A DNA stretch of 64,000 nucleotides from an uncultured virus (IMG/VR IMGVR_UViG_3300027714_000006) (taxonomy: Duplodnaviria; Heunggongvirae; Uroviricota; Caudoviricetes): IMG/VR virus record IMGVR_UViG_3300027714_000006. One strand, given 5' to 3'. The notes under the pieces were generated by a model. That model saw nothing but the letters and a program-made list of their open reading frames with translations. It did not search any database and was not told the origin of the DNA. Below, piece by piece: positions 1 to 8,378 of this stretch. Both the position numbers and the translations under genes were made by a program. How positions within the stretch are numbered: position 1 is the stretch's first letter; each line of letters starts with the position of its first letter.

Positions 1-10
1 GAATAAAATT

Positions 11-472
11 ATGGATTACAAAACAAAAGCAGATTTAACTAGAGTCATTGATGATTTCTTTACTGATAACCTTCATGAACAACAAGATGAAAACTTTAAC
101 AAAACTAAAGATTCGAGTTATGGTGGGTTAGGTAGTTATAGGAGTAATTTGTTAGAAACTAACAAATCTTATATGTTAGAAATGCAAGCCCCAGGACTAA
201 CAAAAAACGATATCACGGTAATAGTAGAAAATGGGGTTTTAGTGGTAACGTCAGTAGCTGAAGAGCATCATGACTTATATGACAGTAAAGCGGAGAAAAT
301 AACTTATTTAAGAAGAGAGTTCTATAATACAGAACTAGAGTTGGATTATAGGTTACCAGATAATGTTGATATCGACAATATTAAAGCAAAGGTAGAAAAT
401 GGTGTTTTAGGTATAGTTATACCTAAATTAGTAAAAAATAGTAATAATAAAAAACAAATAAAAATAAGTTAA
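11..472 (+). CDS. Small heat shock protein (Hsp20/alpha-crystallin family)
   Basis: [15 protein letters not shown] and [25 protein letters not shown] match the alpha-crystallin domain pattern. Confidence 0.92.
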   Translation: MDYKTKADLTRVIDDFFTDNLHEQQDENFNKTKDSSYGGLGSYRSNLLETNKSYMLEMQAPGLTKNDITVIVENGVLVVTSVAEEHHDLYDSKAEKITYLRREFYNTELELDYRLPDNVDIDNIKAKVENGVLGIVIPKLVKNSNNKKQIKIS

Positions 473-473
473 T

Positions 474-2351
474 ATGACAAAAGTAATTGGAATAGATTTA
501 GGTACTACAAACTCATGTGTTTCAGTAGTAGAAGGTGGGTCACCCACAATAATTGTTAATTCGGAGGGTAAAAGAACAACACCTTCGGTTATATCGTTTA
601 AAGATGGTGATAGAGTTGTTGGGGACCCAGCAAAAAGACAAGCAGTAACAAACCCAACAAATACAATTTACTCTGTAAAACGTTTTATAGGTAGTAAGTT
701 TGATGAGGTAAGTAAAGAAGCTAAAAAAATGGCTTATACAGTAAAAAAAGGTAGTGACGAAAATGTTAATGTGGTTGTAGATGGTAAAACATACGTTCCA
801 CAAGAAATATCAGCTGTAATATTACAGAATCTGAAAAAAACAGCAGAAGAATACCTAGGAGAAACGGTAACAGACGCGGTAATAACGGTACCAGCATACT
901 TTAATGATTCACAAAGACAAGCTACAAAAGAAGCTGGTGAAATCGCGGGACTAAACGTACTAAGAATCATCAACGAACCAACTGCTGCAGCATTAGCGTA
1001 CGGTATAAACGAGACAAAAGATAAAACTATCGCTGTTTATGATTTAGGTGGTGGTACTTTTGACATTTCTATATTGGAAATATCTGGTGGTGTGTTCGAA
1101 GTAAAATCCACAAATGGTGACACACATTTAGGTGGTGATAATTTTGATGAGGTGATTGTTGATTGGTTACTTGAAGAGTTTAAGGAAGAAAGTGGTATGA
1201 ATATAAGTGAAGACCCTTCTGCTTTACAACGTCTAAGAGAAGCGGCTGAAAAAGCAAAAGTAGAACTCTCTAACTCAACAACTACAGAACTAAACTTACC
1301 TTATTTAACTGCCGACACTACTGGACCAAAACATCTAGTTCGTACATTATCTAGAGCGAAGTTTGAGTCTATGGTTGAATTTTTAGTTAAGAAAAGTTTA
1401 ACACCTTGTAGAAAGGCAATTAAAGATGCTGGTTTAAAAGTTACTGAGATTGATGAGATAATTTTAGTTGGTGGGTCAACTAGGATACCAATCATACAAT
1501 CAGCTGTAGAAAAATTATTTAAAAAGAAACCATCTAAAGGAGTTAATCCGGATGAGGTTGTAGCGATGGGAGCTGCTATACAAGGTGGTGTGTTAGTTGG
1601 TGATGTTAAGGATGTTTTATTGTTAGATGTGACCCCACTATCACTTGGTATAGAAACTATGGGTGGTGTGATGACAACGTTAATAGAATCAAACACAACA
1701 ATACCAACGTCCAAAAGTGAAGTTTTCTCCACAGCGGTAAATAACCAACCAGCGGTAGACATTCATGTCTTACAAGGAGAAAGGTCTATGGCACCAGATA
1801 ATAGAACACTAGGTAGGTTCCAACTAACAGACATTCCACCAGCACCTAGAGGGATTCCACAGGTTGAGGTAACATTTGATATTGACGCTAATGGGATAAT
1901 AACTGTTAAAGCTAAAGATAAGGGTACCGGTAAAGAACATAATATTAAGATTGAGTCCGGTAGTAGTTTGTCTGATGAGGAAATCCAAAAAATGAAATCA
2001 GATGCTGAAGCAAACGCAGAAGAAGACAAGAAAAAGAAAGAAGATGTTAATACTTTAAATGAGGCAGATGGACTAATCTTCCAAACAGAAAAACAAATTG
2101 AAGAATTTGGTGATAAATTAGACGACTCAGATAAAACTAAATTAGAAAGTGCTTTAAAAGAACTAAAAGAGGCCGTAGAAGGTAAAAATATGGAAACTAT
2201 AACAACCTTAAAGGAAAAACTAACTAGTGATTGGAACGAAATAAGTACTAAACTTTACGAAACTACCCAAGAAGGGGAAGAGGACGTAAATCAAGAACCA
2301 CCAGTAGAAGAAAGTACTACCGATGTGGAATATGAAGAGGTTAAGGAATAA
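474..2351 (+). CDS. dnaK: Molecular chaperone DnaK (Hsp70)
   Basis: [52 protein letters not shown] and [10 protein letters not shown]; full length, 625 aa. Confidence 0.98.
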   Translation: MTKVIGIDLGTTNSCVSVVEGGSPTIIVNSEGKRTTPSVISFKDGDRVVGDPAKRQAVTNPTNTIYSVKRFIGSKFDEVSKEAKKMAYTVKKGSDENVNVVVDGKTYVPQEISAVILQNLKKTAEEYLGETVTDAVITVPAYFNDSQRQATKEAGEIAGLNVLRIINEPTAAALAYGINETKDKTIAVYDLGGGTFDISILEISGGVFEVKSTNGDTHLGGDNFDEVIVDWLLEEFKEESGMNISEDPSALQRLREAAEKAKVELSNSTTTELNLPYLTADTTGPKHLVRTLSRAKFESMVEFLVKKSLTPCRKAIKDAGLKVTEIDEIILVGGSTRIPIIQSAVEKLFKKKPSKGVNPDEVVAMGAAIQGGVLVGDVKDVLLLDVTPLSLGIETMGGVMTTLIESNTTIPTSKSEVFSTAVNNQPAVDIHVLQGERSMAPDNRTLGRFQLTDIPPAPRGIPQVEVTFDIDANGIITVKAKDKGTGKEHNIKIESGSSLSDEEIQKMKSDAEANAEEDKKKKEDVNTLNEADGLIFQTEKQIEEFGDKLDDSDKTKLESALKELKEAVEGKNMETITTLKEKLTSDWNEISTKLYETTQEGEEDVNQEPPVEESTTDVEYEEVKE

Positions 2352-2382
2352 TTATAAAATATAAGAATTTAAAAAATTAAAT

Positions 2383-2631
2383 ATGAAACCAACGAAAGAA
2401 GAAATAAAAGGAACCAGAATTTTAAATGAGTACGCGTCAAGTAATATATTCGCTACAGAGTATGATACTAAGACTAGTGAACTATTAGTTACATTTAAAG
2501 GTGGTAGAAAATACCAATACCATAATGTACCACATAATTTATTTACTAAGTTTAGGATGTCAGAAAGTCAGGGTAAGTTCTTTAATAGAGAAATATCAAA
2601 AAAGTATAGATATAACGAAATTAAGAAGTAA
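2383..2631 (+). CDS. KTSC domain protein
   Basis: SSNI...YD....LLVTFKGGRKYQYHNVP.......SESQGKFFNREI is the KTSC consensus pattern. Confidence 0.88.
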   Translation: MKPTKEEIKGTRILNEYASSNIFATEYDTKTSELLVTFKGGRKYQYHNVPHNLFTKFRMSESQGKFFNREISKKYRYNEIKK

Positions 2632-2636
2632 TTTAC

Positions 2637-2667
2637 TTGTGTATTAGATTTTTTCTACGTATATTTG
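2637..2667 (+). promoter_or_regulatory. Bacteroidota-type sigma-A promoter upstream of the tRNA-like gene
   Basis: TTG at 2637 and TATATTTG (TAnnTTTG) at 2660-2667, about 30 nt before the RNA gene. Confidence 0.6.
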
Positions 2668-2698
2668 TATCTGAATTAATCAGTAAATAGTAATTTAT

Positions 2699-2770
2699 GC
2701 GGGTGTAGCTTAACGATAAAAGCGACATACATTCCAGTATGTAGACGGTGGTTCGTTCCACCCACCCGCT
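2699..2770 (+). tRNA. Non-canonical tRNA-Gly-like RNA (6-nt anticodon loop ATTCCA, 6-nt T-loop, no encoded CCA)
   Basis: Acceptor GCGGGTG/CACCCGC with U73; D stem GCTT/AAGC; anticodon stem ACATAC/GTATGT; T stem GGTGG/CCACC with loop TTCGTT. Confidence 0.8.
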
Positions 2771-2788
2771 CTAACTTAAAAAAACATT

Positions 2789-2902
2789 ATGATAGCATTT
2801 ATATTAATAGTTGTAGCTTTATTTGTATTTTGGAAACCAGTAATACACGGTTCTAAAAAAGATAGAGATACTTTTAAGTACTGGGAAGAGTATAAAAATT
2901 AA
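2789..2902 (+). CDS. Small single-pass membrane protein, 37 aa (below the ORF-track cutoff)
   Basis: MIAFILIVVALFVFWKPVIHGSKKDRDTFKYWEEYKN; A-rich leader, hydrophobic N-terminus and charged tail. Confidence 0.5.
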   Translation: MIAFILIVVALFVFWKPVIHGSKKDRDTFKYWEEYKN

Positions 2903-2979
2903 CTAAACTAATAGTTAAAAAACATATCGATAACCCCCAGAAGGGGATATTGTGTAAACAAATTAAAAATAAAACAAAC

Positions 2980-3011
2980 AAAATGGTTGCAATTGCAACC
3001 ATTTTTTATTT
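2980..3011 (+). terminator. Palindromic, possibly bidirectional intrinsic terminator
   Basis: Perfect 26-bp palindrome AAAATGGTTGCAATTGCAACCATTTT followed by a T-rich tail. Confidence 0.6.
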
Positions 3012-3025
3012 ATAAAATATTTATA
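3007..3025 (+). promoter_or_regulatory. Putative phage late promoter TATTTATA (two tandem copies)
   Basis: TATTTATA at 3007-3014 and 3018-3025; the same motif precedes at least ten other genes. Confidence 0.55.
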
Positions 3026-3029
3026 AGTT

Positions 3030-3791
3030 ATGGGAGTAAAATCATCGATACTAAAAAGCTTTAAAACTAAGGACCATTTAGCACCATCAATATGGGACGA
3101 AATGGAAGACGGGACATACACTTTGAACCCTAAAGTTAGGTCCACACTACTAAGTGTTTCTGACAGATTTCTTGACTATACCGGTATGGAAGAGTTAAGT
3201 TGTGATATAGACACACAAGAATGTGATGTGTATGATGTGACTATGACTGGTAGTTTAGCTAATTTTAATTGGAGTAAATTTTCAGACATTGACCTACACA
3301 TAATTTTAGATTTTAATGAAATAGACGAAAATAGTGAACTTGTCAGAAATTACTTAAATAGTAAAAAAACCATATGGAATAGTACCCACGATATTACTAT
3401 AGACGGTTATGAGGTAGAAATATACTCACAAGACTATAGAGAAGTACACCATTCTAGTGGTGTGTACTCGGTACTATACAATAAATGGATAGTTGAACCC
3501 TCCTACCAACACGTAACCATAGATGATAAAAAGTTAGATGAGAAAGCAACTAACTGGGTAGACGCTATAGACAGGTTAGTGGAAAGGTCTAAGAATCTTA
3601 AACCAGAAAAAACCCTAAAAGAAATTGAAGACATTAAAGCTAAATTAAAGAAATACAGAAGCTGTGGATTAGAGTCTGGTGGTGAATATTCTTATGAGAA
3701 TTTGGTCTTCAAAGTACTAAGAAGAAACGGGTATATTAAAAAATTAATTGATTTAAAGAATAAACTTATAGATAACATATTAACTATATAA
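3030..3791 (+). CDS. Pol-beta superfamily nucleotidyltransferase
   Basis: TGSLANFNWSKFSDIDLHI (GS...DxD motif) and a third acidic strand EVEIY. Confidence 0.8.
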   Translation: MGVKSSILKSFKTKDHLAPSIWDEMEDGTYTLNPKVRSTLLSVSDRFLDYTGMEELSCDIDTQECDVYDVTMTGSLANFNWSKFSDIDLHIILDFNEIDENSELVRNYLNSKKTIWNSTHDITIDGYEVEIYSQDYREVHHSSGVYSVLYNKWIVEPSYQHVTIDDKKLDEKATNWVDAIDRLVERSKNLKPEKTLKEIEDIKAKLKKYRSCGLESGGEYSYENLVFKVLRRNGYIKKLIDLKNKLIDNILTI

Positions 3792-3841
3792 ATTTTTTCT
3801 TTTTAATCGAAGTATTTATAAGAAACAAATAGACTTACAAT

Positions 3842-4270
3842 ATGGCAATAGGATACGATAACAGCTCGAGTGACAAATTATACTGCGGTGCAGACATACA
3901 ACCGTTTATGCAGATGCCTACCGGGCGTTTGTCTGGGATAACATGTACTTCAGTATACGCTAGAGGTGCTGTGGCTAATCTAGTACTTAATGGTGCTGTA
4001 GTAGCGATACCGGCAGGGAGTACACTAGATATGATTGTAACTCATGTTGGTGGTACTTTAACTGATGCGTGTTTTACATGTAGTTGTCATGATTGTTATG
4101 AGGATGAAAGACAGACCATGAGAGAAAAAATGTGGCCTTTTAACCCAGATAATAGTACAGCAACAGACCCACCTGGACAGTTAGGTGGCCCAGGTATTTA
4201 TAGTGGATATACTTTCTACCCAAATACGTTAGGTGGTAGTAGTCTAGGGGGACCAGGACAATTTAGTTAA
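3842..4270 (+). CDS. Hypothetical protein, probably virion-associated (Cys/Gly-rich)
   Basis: Preceded by TATTTATA at 3813-3820; contains SGIT, SGYT and CTCSCHDC-like Cys cluster (CFTCSCHDC). Confidence 0.6.
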   Translation: MAIGYDNSSSDKLYCGADIQPFMQMPTGRLSGITCTSVYARGAVANLVLNGAVVAIPAGSTLDMIVTHVGGTLTDACFTCSCHDCYEDERQTMREKMWPFNPDNSTATDPPGQLGGPGIYSGYTFYPNTLGGSSLGGPGQFS

Positions 4271-4294
4271 ATAAAAAAAATAAAAATATTAAAA

Positions 4295-5644
4295 ATGAGT
4301 GCATTAAAACCAGTGGGGAGTGAAAAACTACCATTACAAGAAAAAATAGAAAGAATAAAACAAATAGCGGGAATTAGTAGTAAACCTAGTAACGTAACAA
4401 ATTATTCTAATACCCATTATAGTGTTAAAGGGCAGGATGGTAATGTTTATGCTATAATAAAAGAGAATAAACAGTATTTCATAAAATCTGGTAAAGACGA
4501 AAATAACCTTTCACATATTGATGGGCAATTAGGGTCAGCAAATAGAAACGAAACTTTTACTTCTTATTCTACAGCATTAAAAAGACTAAACTTCAAAATG
4601 AAGTCGATTAATGAGGCTAACAATTACGGGGTTATAGAGGAACAAAAAAAAGTACTAAAAATAGACTTACCAACACCAGAACCTGAAGTAGAAGAAGATA
4701 TGGATTTCGATATGGATATGGGTAGTGACGATATGGGTATTGAAGGTGAAGAGATGGATATGGATATGGATGTTGAAGGTGGTGATGAAGGTGATGATGA
4801 AGAAATGGAAATGGATATGGACATTGATGTTGAAGGTGGTGATGGTGCTGAAGAAGAAGACGCTGTTAAAAGTATCCAAAAACTAACTGGTAAATTGGGT
4901 CAAAAATTACGTAAAGCTGATGGTCAAGGTGCATTAGATTCTGAAACGATAAAATATGTGTTAAATTCGGTTATTTCCGCTGTTAATTTAGATAATCTAG
5001 ATTCTGAAGATAGAGAAGAGATTGTAGAAAAATTTGAAGAGACTGATTCTGAATATGATGATTTAGATGACATGGGTGATATGGAGTCTAGTGGTGAAGA
5101 AGAATTTGATATGGGAGACGACGAAGAAATGGAAATGGATTTTGATATGGGAGACGATGGTGGTGATTTGGATTTAGACGAAAACATCCCAGCTATGATG
5201 GGTGCAGCAGGAGCAGCAATAGGTGGTTGGGCCGGAGAAAAAGCTTTAGAAAAAACACTAAGAAGTTTTAAAAAATCAGGAACTAAAATGGATTTCAGTG
5301 ATGATGAATTAGCTAACATATTCCAACCAACAGACGGGGAAGAACTTGCTGAAGGTTACGATAAAGTAAGTAGTGTGATTAACAATTACTTTAAAGTTAG
5401 TAAAGAAGAAAAAGCAAATAATAAACAAAAAAGAAACAACTTTTTAGACTCTAAGTTAACCAAAGCAAGAAAGATAACTTCTATCTTGGAACATACCGAA
5501 ACTATTGAACAAGAATCAGCTAGTAGAAAATTCTTAACTGAAAATGACAACATTGAAGTAGTTGGTAAAAATACTAAAGGTTCTTTAGTGTTTAACAGTA
5601 ATGGTAAGGTTACAGAGATTAGTAGAAAAGGTTTAAAATCTTAA
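4295..5644 (+). CDS. Acidic putative head-internal/core protein
   Basis: Long D/E/M-rich tracts and several (I/L)-x-E sites; upstream of the head module. Confidence 0.55.
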   Translation: MSALKPVGSEKLPLQEKIERIKQIAGISSKPSNVTNYSNTHYSVKGQDGNVYAIIKENKQYFIKSGKDENNLSHIDGQLGSANRNETFTSYSTALKRLNFKMKSINEANNYGVIEEQKKVLKIDLPTPEPEVEEDMDFDMDMGSDDMGIEGEEMDMDMDVEGGDEGDDEEMEMDMDIDVEGGDGAEEEDAVKSIQKLTGKLGQKLRKADGQGALDSETIKYVLNSVISAVNLDNLDSEDREEIVEKFEETDSEYDDLDDMGDMESSGEEEFDMGDDEEMEMDFDMGDDGGDLDLDENIPAMMGAAGAAIGGWAGEKALEKTLRSFKKSGTKMDFSDDELANIFQPTDGEELAEGYDKVSSVINNYFKVSKEEKANNKQKRNNFLDSKLTKARKITSILEHTETIEQESASRKFLTENDNIEVVGKNTKGSLVFNSNGKVTEISRKGLKS

Positions 5645-5658
5645 TAAATTAATCAATC

Positions 5659-6063
5659 ATGTTCCTTGTCTATGTAAATGAACTAGGACCCAACTACAAA
5701 GGGCAAAATGTGTACGAATTTATCTTCTCAGATGATGTAGCTGATATTTGGGGAGAAGATTGGGACAAAACACCAGCACAAGGTAGTCCGACACCCCCAC
5801 AATTAGAAGTTATTACAAAAGTAGGTACACTGTATGATAGTGATATACAATTTGAATTAATCCAAAACTCGGATTATTTTGGTATGTGTGACGCTGTAGA
5901 TAACGTTATCTCTCTATGTTGGGAGATATACGATGATGAAAATATTACAGACTCAAGAGCTGTATTTTCCTTCGGGGAAGACTTGAAGTCGGTTGAAGAT
6001 AAACTATATACAAAAGATTTAATTTTAAATTATGCCAAAAATCTCGAACACAAAACAAAATAG
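5659..6063 (+). CDS. Hypothetical protein
   Basis: 134-aa ORF tightly packed in the operon. Confidence 0.7.
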   Translation: MFLVYVNELGPNYKGQNVYEFIFSDDVADIWGEDWDKTPAQGSPTPPQLEVITKVGTLYDSDIQFELIQNSDYFGMCDAVDNVISLCWEIYDDENITDSRAVFSFGEDLKSVEDKLYTKDLILNYAKNLEHKTK

Positions 6064-8338
6064 AATAAAAATTAAAAAATTACTTAGTAAGGGTATGTCT
6101 ATACCTTTTTTAAGTAAACTTAATGAAAGTGGCATGAATATGTTACATAGTATGGTGGTTAAAGAAGAGGATAAGACCTCAGCTGATATAGCGAAAGATT
6201 ACGCAGACCTATCAAAAGCATACGGTGACATATCAAAAAAAGAACAAGAGTTAGAGGTAAATGAAGATTTTCCAGATGCTTCAGTAGACGGTAAAAAATT
6301 AAAGAAAGACGTTAACGGTGAAAAAGATGTTATAGATGAGAACGACTTAGATGAGGGGTACGATGAAGACACTATACACCCAGGAAAAGGTGAGGTAACA
6401 CAAGACCCACACCAGGTAGGTCCAGACACTGACGATGGGTTTGGGAACCCAAAAGATGACGATGACGGTATGGGTATGTTTGAAGGGGTGACAAAACAAC
6501 ACCTAATAGAAAAATTCGCATCAAAAGCACAAGCAAGATATTTTTACGCTAAAGCGAATGAAAAAGGTAAAGAAGGTAAAAAATGGAAAAAATACGCTAA
6601 AGAATTTTCTGATGATACGGAAGATTTTGGGACTCTACCTGAAAAAGTAGAACAAGATGAAAATATAAAAAATACTAACCCTAAGTTAGTAGAGACTTGG
6701 ATAAAAGAAATTGTACAAAAAAATTCTAGACCTGCTATGACAAAATCTGAATTAATAAGAACAATTAATGAGACAGAAGTTGTTGGTGTAGAGGACGTAC
6801 AAACAGAAAAAGAAACTGGTTTACCTGATTGGTTAGATTTTGAATCTATATTCTCGGGTGGTCAGGAAGCTCCCAGTGAGACAGAATCACCAACTATAGC
6901 ACCAACTAAACCTGGGACAAAATCCCCACCTAAAAGAAGGGGTACACCATATAAACCACATCCAGGGGTTAAACCAAAACCTAAAGCTTTACCAGAATAC
7001 ACTAAATCCCAGTTATTGGAAGCACCACCAATTGATTATGGTGATAACCCAGAAAGGATGGCATCGGATATTGAACAAAAAATAGGTTCACAAGATTTCC
7101 CTTTAGGGGATAATCCAGCTTTTCCAGATGTAGACGCTGATGGTATTCCAGATAATTTTGAAGAGTTAGTAGCTTCTGAAAGATTTAAAGAGGTTGTGGA
7201 TAATGTTAAAAAATATACTGGTTTGGGTCAAGTAACTCAAAACGAGTTTATGCAACTACAGATGATGTTACGAAGTTCCACTATGAAAATATTACAGATA
7301 GAATCACAAAATAAAGAACAATTGGAGACTTTAGCTGTAGAATTGGTAAAAGAATATATGTCACTACCTGATGACGCTGTACAATTTGACGCTAAGATTG
7401 TTGGTATGGGTGAAGTGGATATGTCAGGAATGCAAAAAGGAGAAGAGGAGGAACCATCAGAAGAAGAGATGAGTAGTGAAGAAGAATTATTTGGTACATT
7501 TGAGATGTTTGACGCTGAAAAAGAAAAGAGAAGATTTATAAATTCTTTAATACAAGGTTCAGCTAAGAAAGGTCACTACCTATACCACATGATACCAGAA
7601 AAGATAAACGCTATAAACCCAGAGTTATTAGACCTATATGGTGTTATGATGTCAGTTAATGATTTGGTATATTGGATTATGTCGGACGAGACAGCACAAA
7701 TGATGGGACAAGGTGAAGAATCTGCAGCTGGAAAAGAAGAGATAGATATAGAAACAGACCCACCGACAATAAGAGCAGTAGGGATAACATTCCCAGTATT
7801 AGTACATGAATTAATAAAAGGTGTGATGGAATTATTAGCTTCACAAGGACTTCCTAGTGACCCTAAAAAGGCCGAAATGGTTATGAAGGCAACTGATACC
7901 CTACCAGCAGAAATATGGGACTTAAGATTAGGTCCAGTAATTTGGTCAAAATTTAGAGCAGCTTACCCAGAAGAACTTATGGATGAAGATAAGACAGAGA
8001 TACAAAATTATCTTTTTAGTGAATTCACAAGGATGGAACCAGAAGAGTTTTTTGATTTAGCAAAACAAATTTTATCGGGGAGTGATGAAGGTAAAATGGA
8101 ACTTCAAAAGATTGTAAAATCTATAATTAAAGATTTACAAGAAGATGACTATGATGAAAGTGTAAGTCAAGAAGAACCAACACCACCAACACCAAGACCA
8201 CAAGCAAAACCAAAACAAACTAAACCAAGTGGGGATATACCATCTGACCTAGACATGAATGTCATTCTTGATAAAATATTTAATCAAGGTATGGGCTCAT
8301 TATCACCAGATGAATTAAATTTCTTACAGAGCCAATAG
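6032..8338 (+). CDS. Large acidic protein, putative head-associated, with a C-terminal DUF6576-like motif
   Basis: 768 aa; many (I/L)-x-E sites; ends LDMNVILDKIFNQGMGSLSPDELNFL. Confidence 0.55.
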   Translation: MPKISNTKQNRIKIKKLLSKGMSIPFLSKLNESGMNMLHSMVVKEEDKTSADIAKDYADLSKAYGDISKKEQELEVNEDFPDASVDGKKLKKDVNGEKDVIDENDLDEGYDEDTIHPGKGEVTQDPHQVGPDTDDGFGNPKDDDDGMGMFEGVTKQHLIEKFASKAQARYFYAKANEKGKEGKKWKKYAKEFSDDTEDFGTLPEKVEQDENIKNTNPKLVETWIKEIVQKNSRPAMTKSELIRTINETEVVGVEDVQTEKETGLPDWLDFESIFSGGQEAPSETESPTIAPTKPGTKSPPKRRGTPYKPHPGVKPKPKALPEYTKSQLLEAPPIDYGDNPERMASDIEQKIGSQDFPLGDNPAFPDVDADGIPDNFEELVASERFKEVVDNVKKYTGLGQVTQNEFMQLQMMLRSSTMKILQIESQNKEQLETLAVELVKEYMSLPDDAVQFDAKIVGMGEVDMSGMQKGEEEEPSEEEMSSEEELFGTFEMFDAEKEKRRFINSLIQGSAKKGHYLYHMIPEKINAINPELLDLYGVMMSVNDLVYWIMSDETAQMMGQGEESAAGKEEIDIETDPPTIRAVGITFPVLVHELIKGVMELLASQGLPSDPKKAEMVMKATDTLPAEIWDLRLGPVIWSKFRAAYPEELMDEDKTEIQNYLFSEFTRMEPEEFFDLAKQILSGSDEGKMELQKIVKSIIKDLQEDDYDESVSQEEPTPPTPRPQAKPKQTKPSGDIPSDLDMNVILDKIFNQGMGSLSPDELNFLQSQ

Positions 8339-8378
8339 AATTGTACTCTTAGAATAATTTTGTCGATATTTATTATAT

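Noticed and set aside
2922..2950. Small CCCC/GGGG hairpin downstream of the microprotein
   Set aside because: Short stem with no U-tract; insufficient evidence for a terminator or ncRNA
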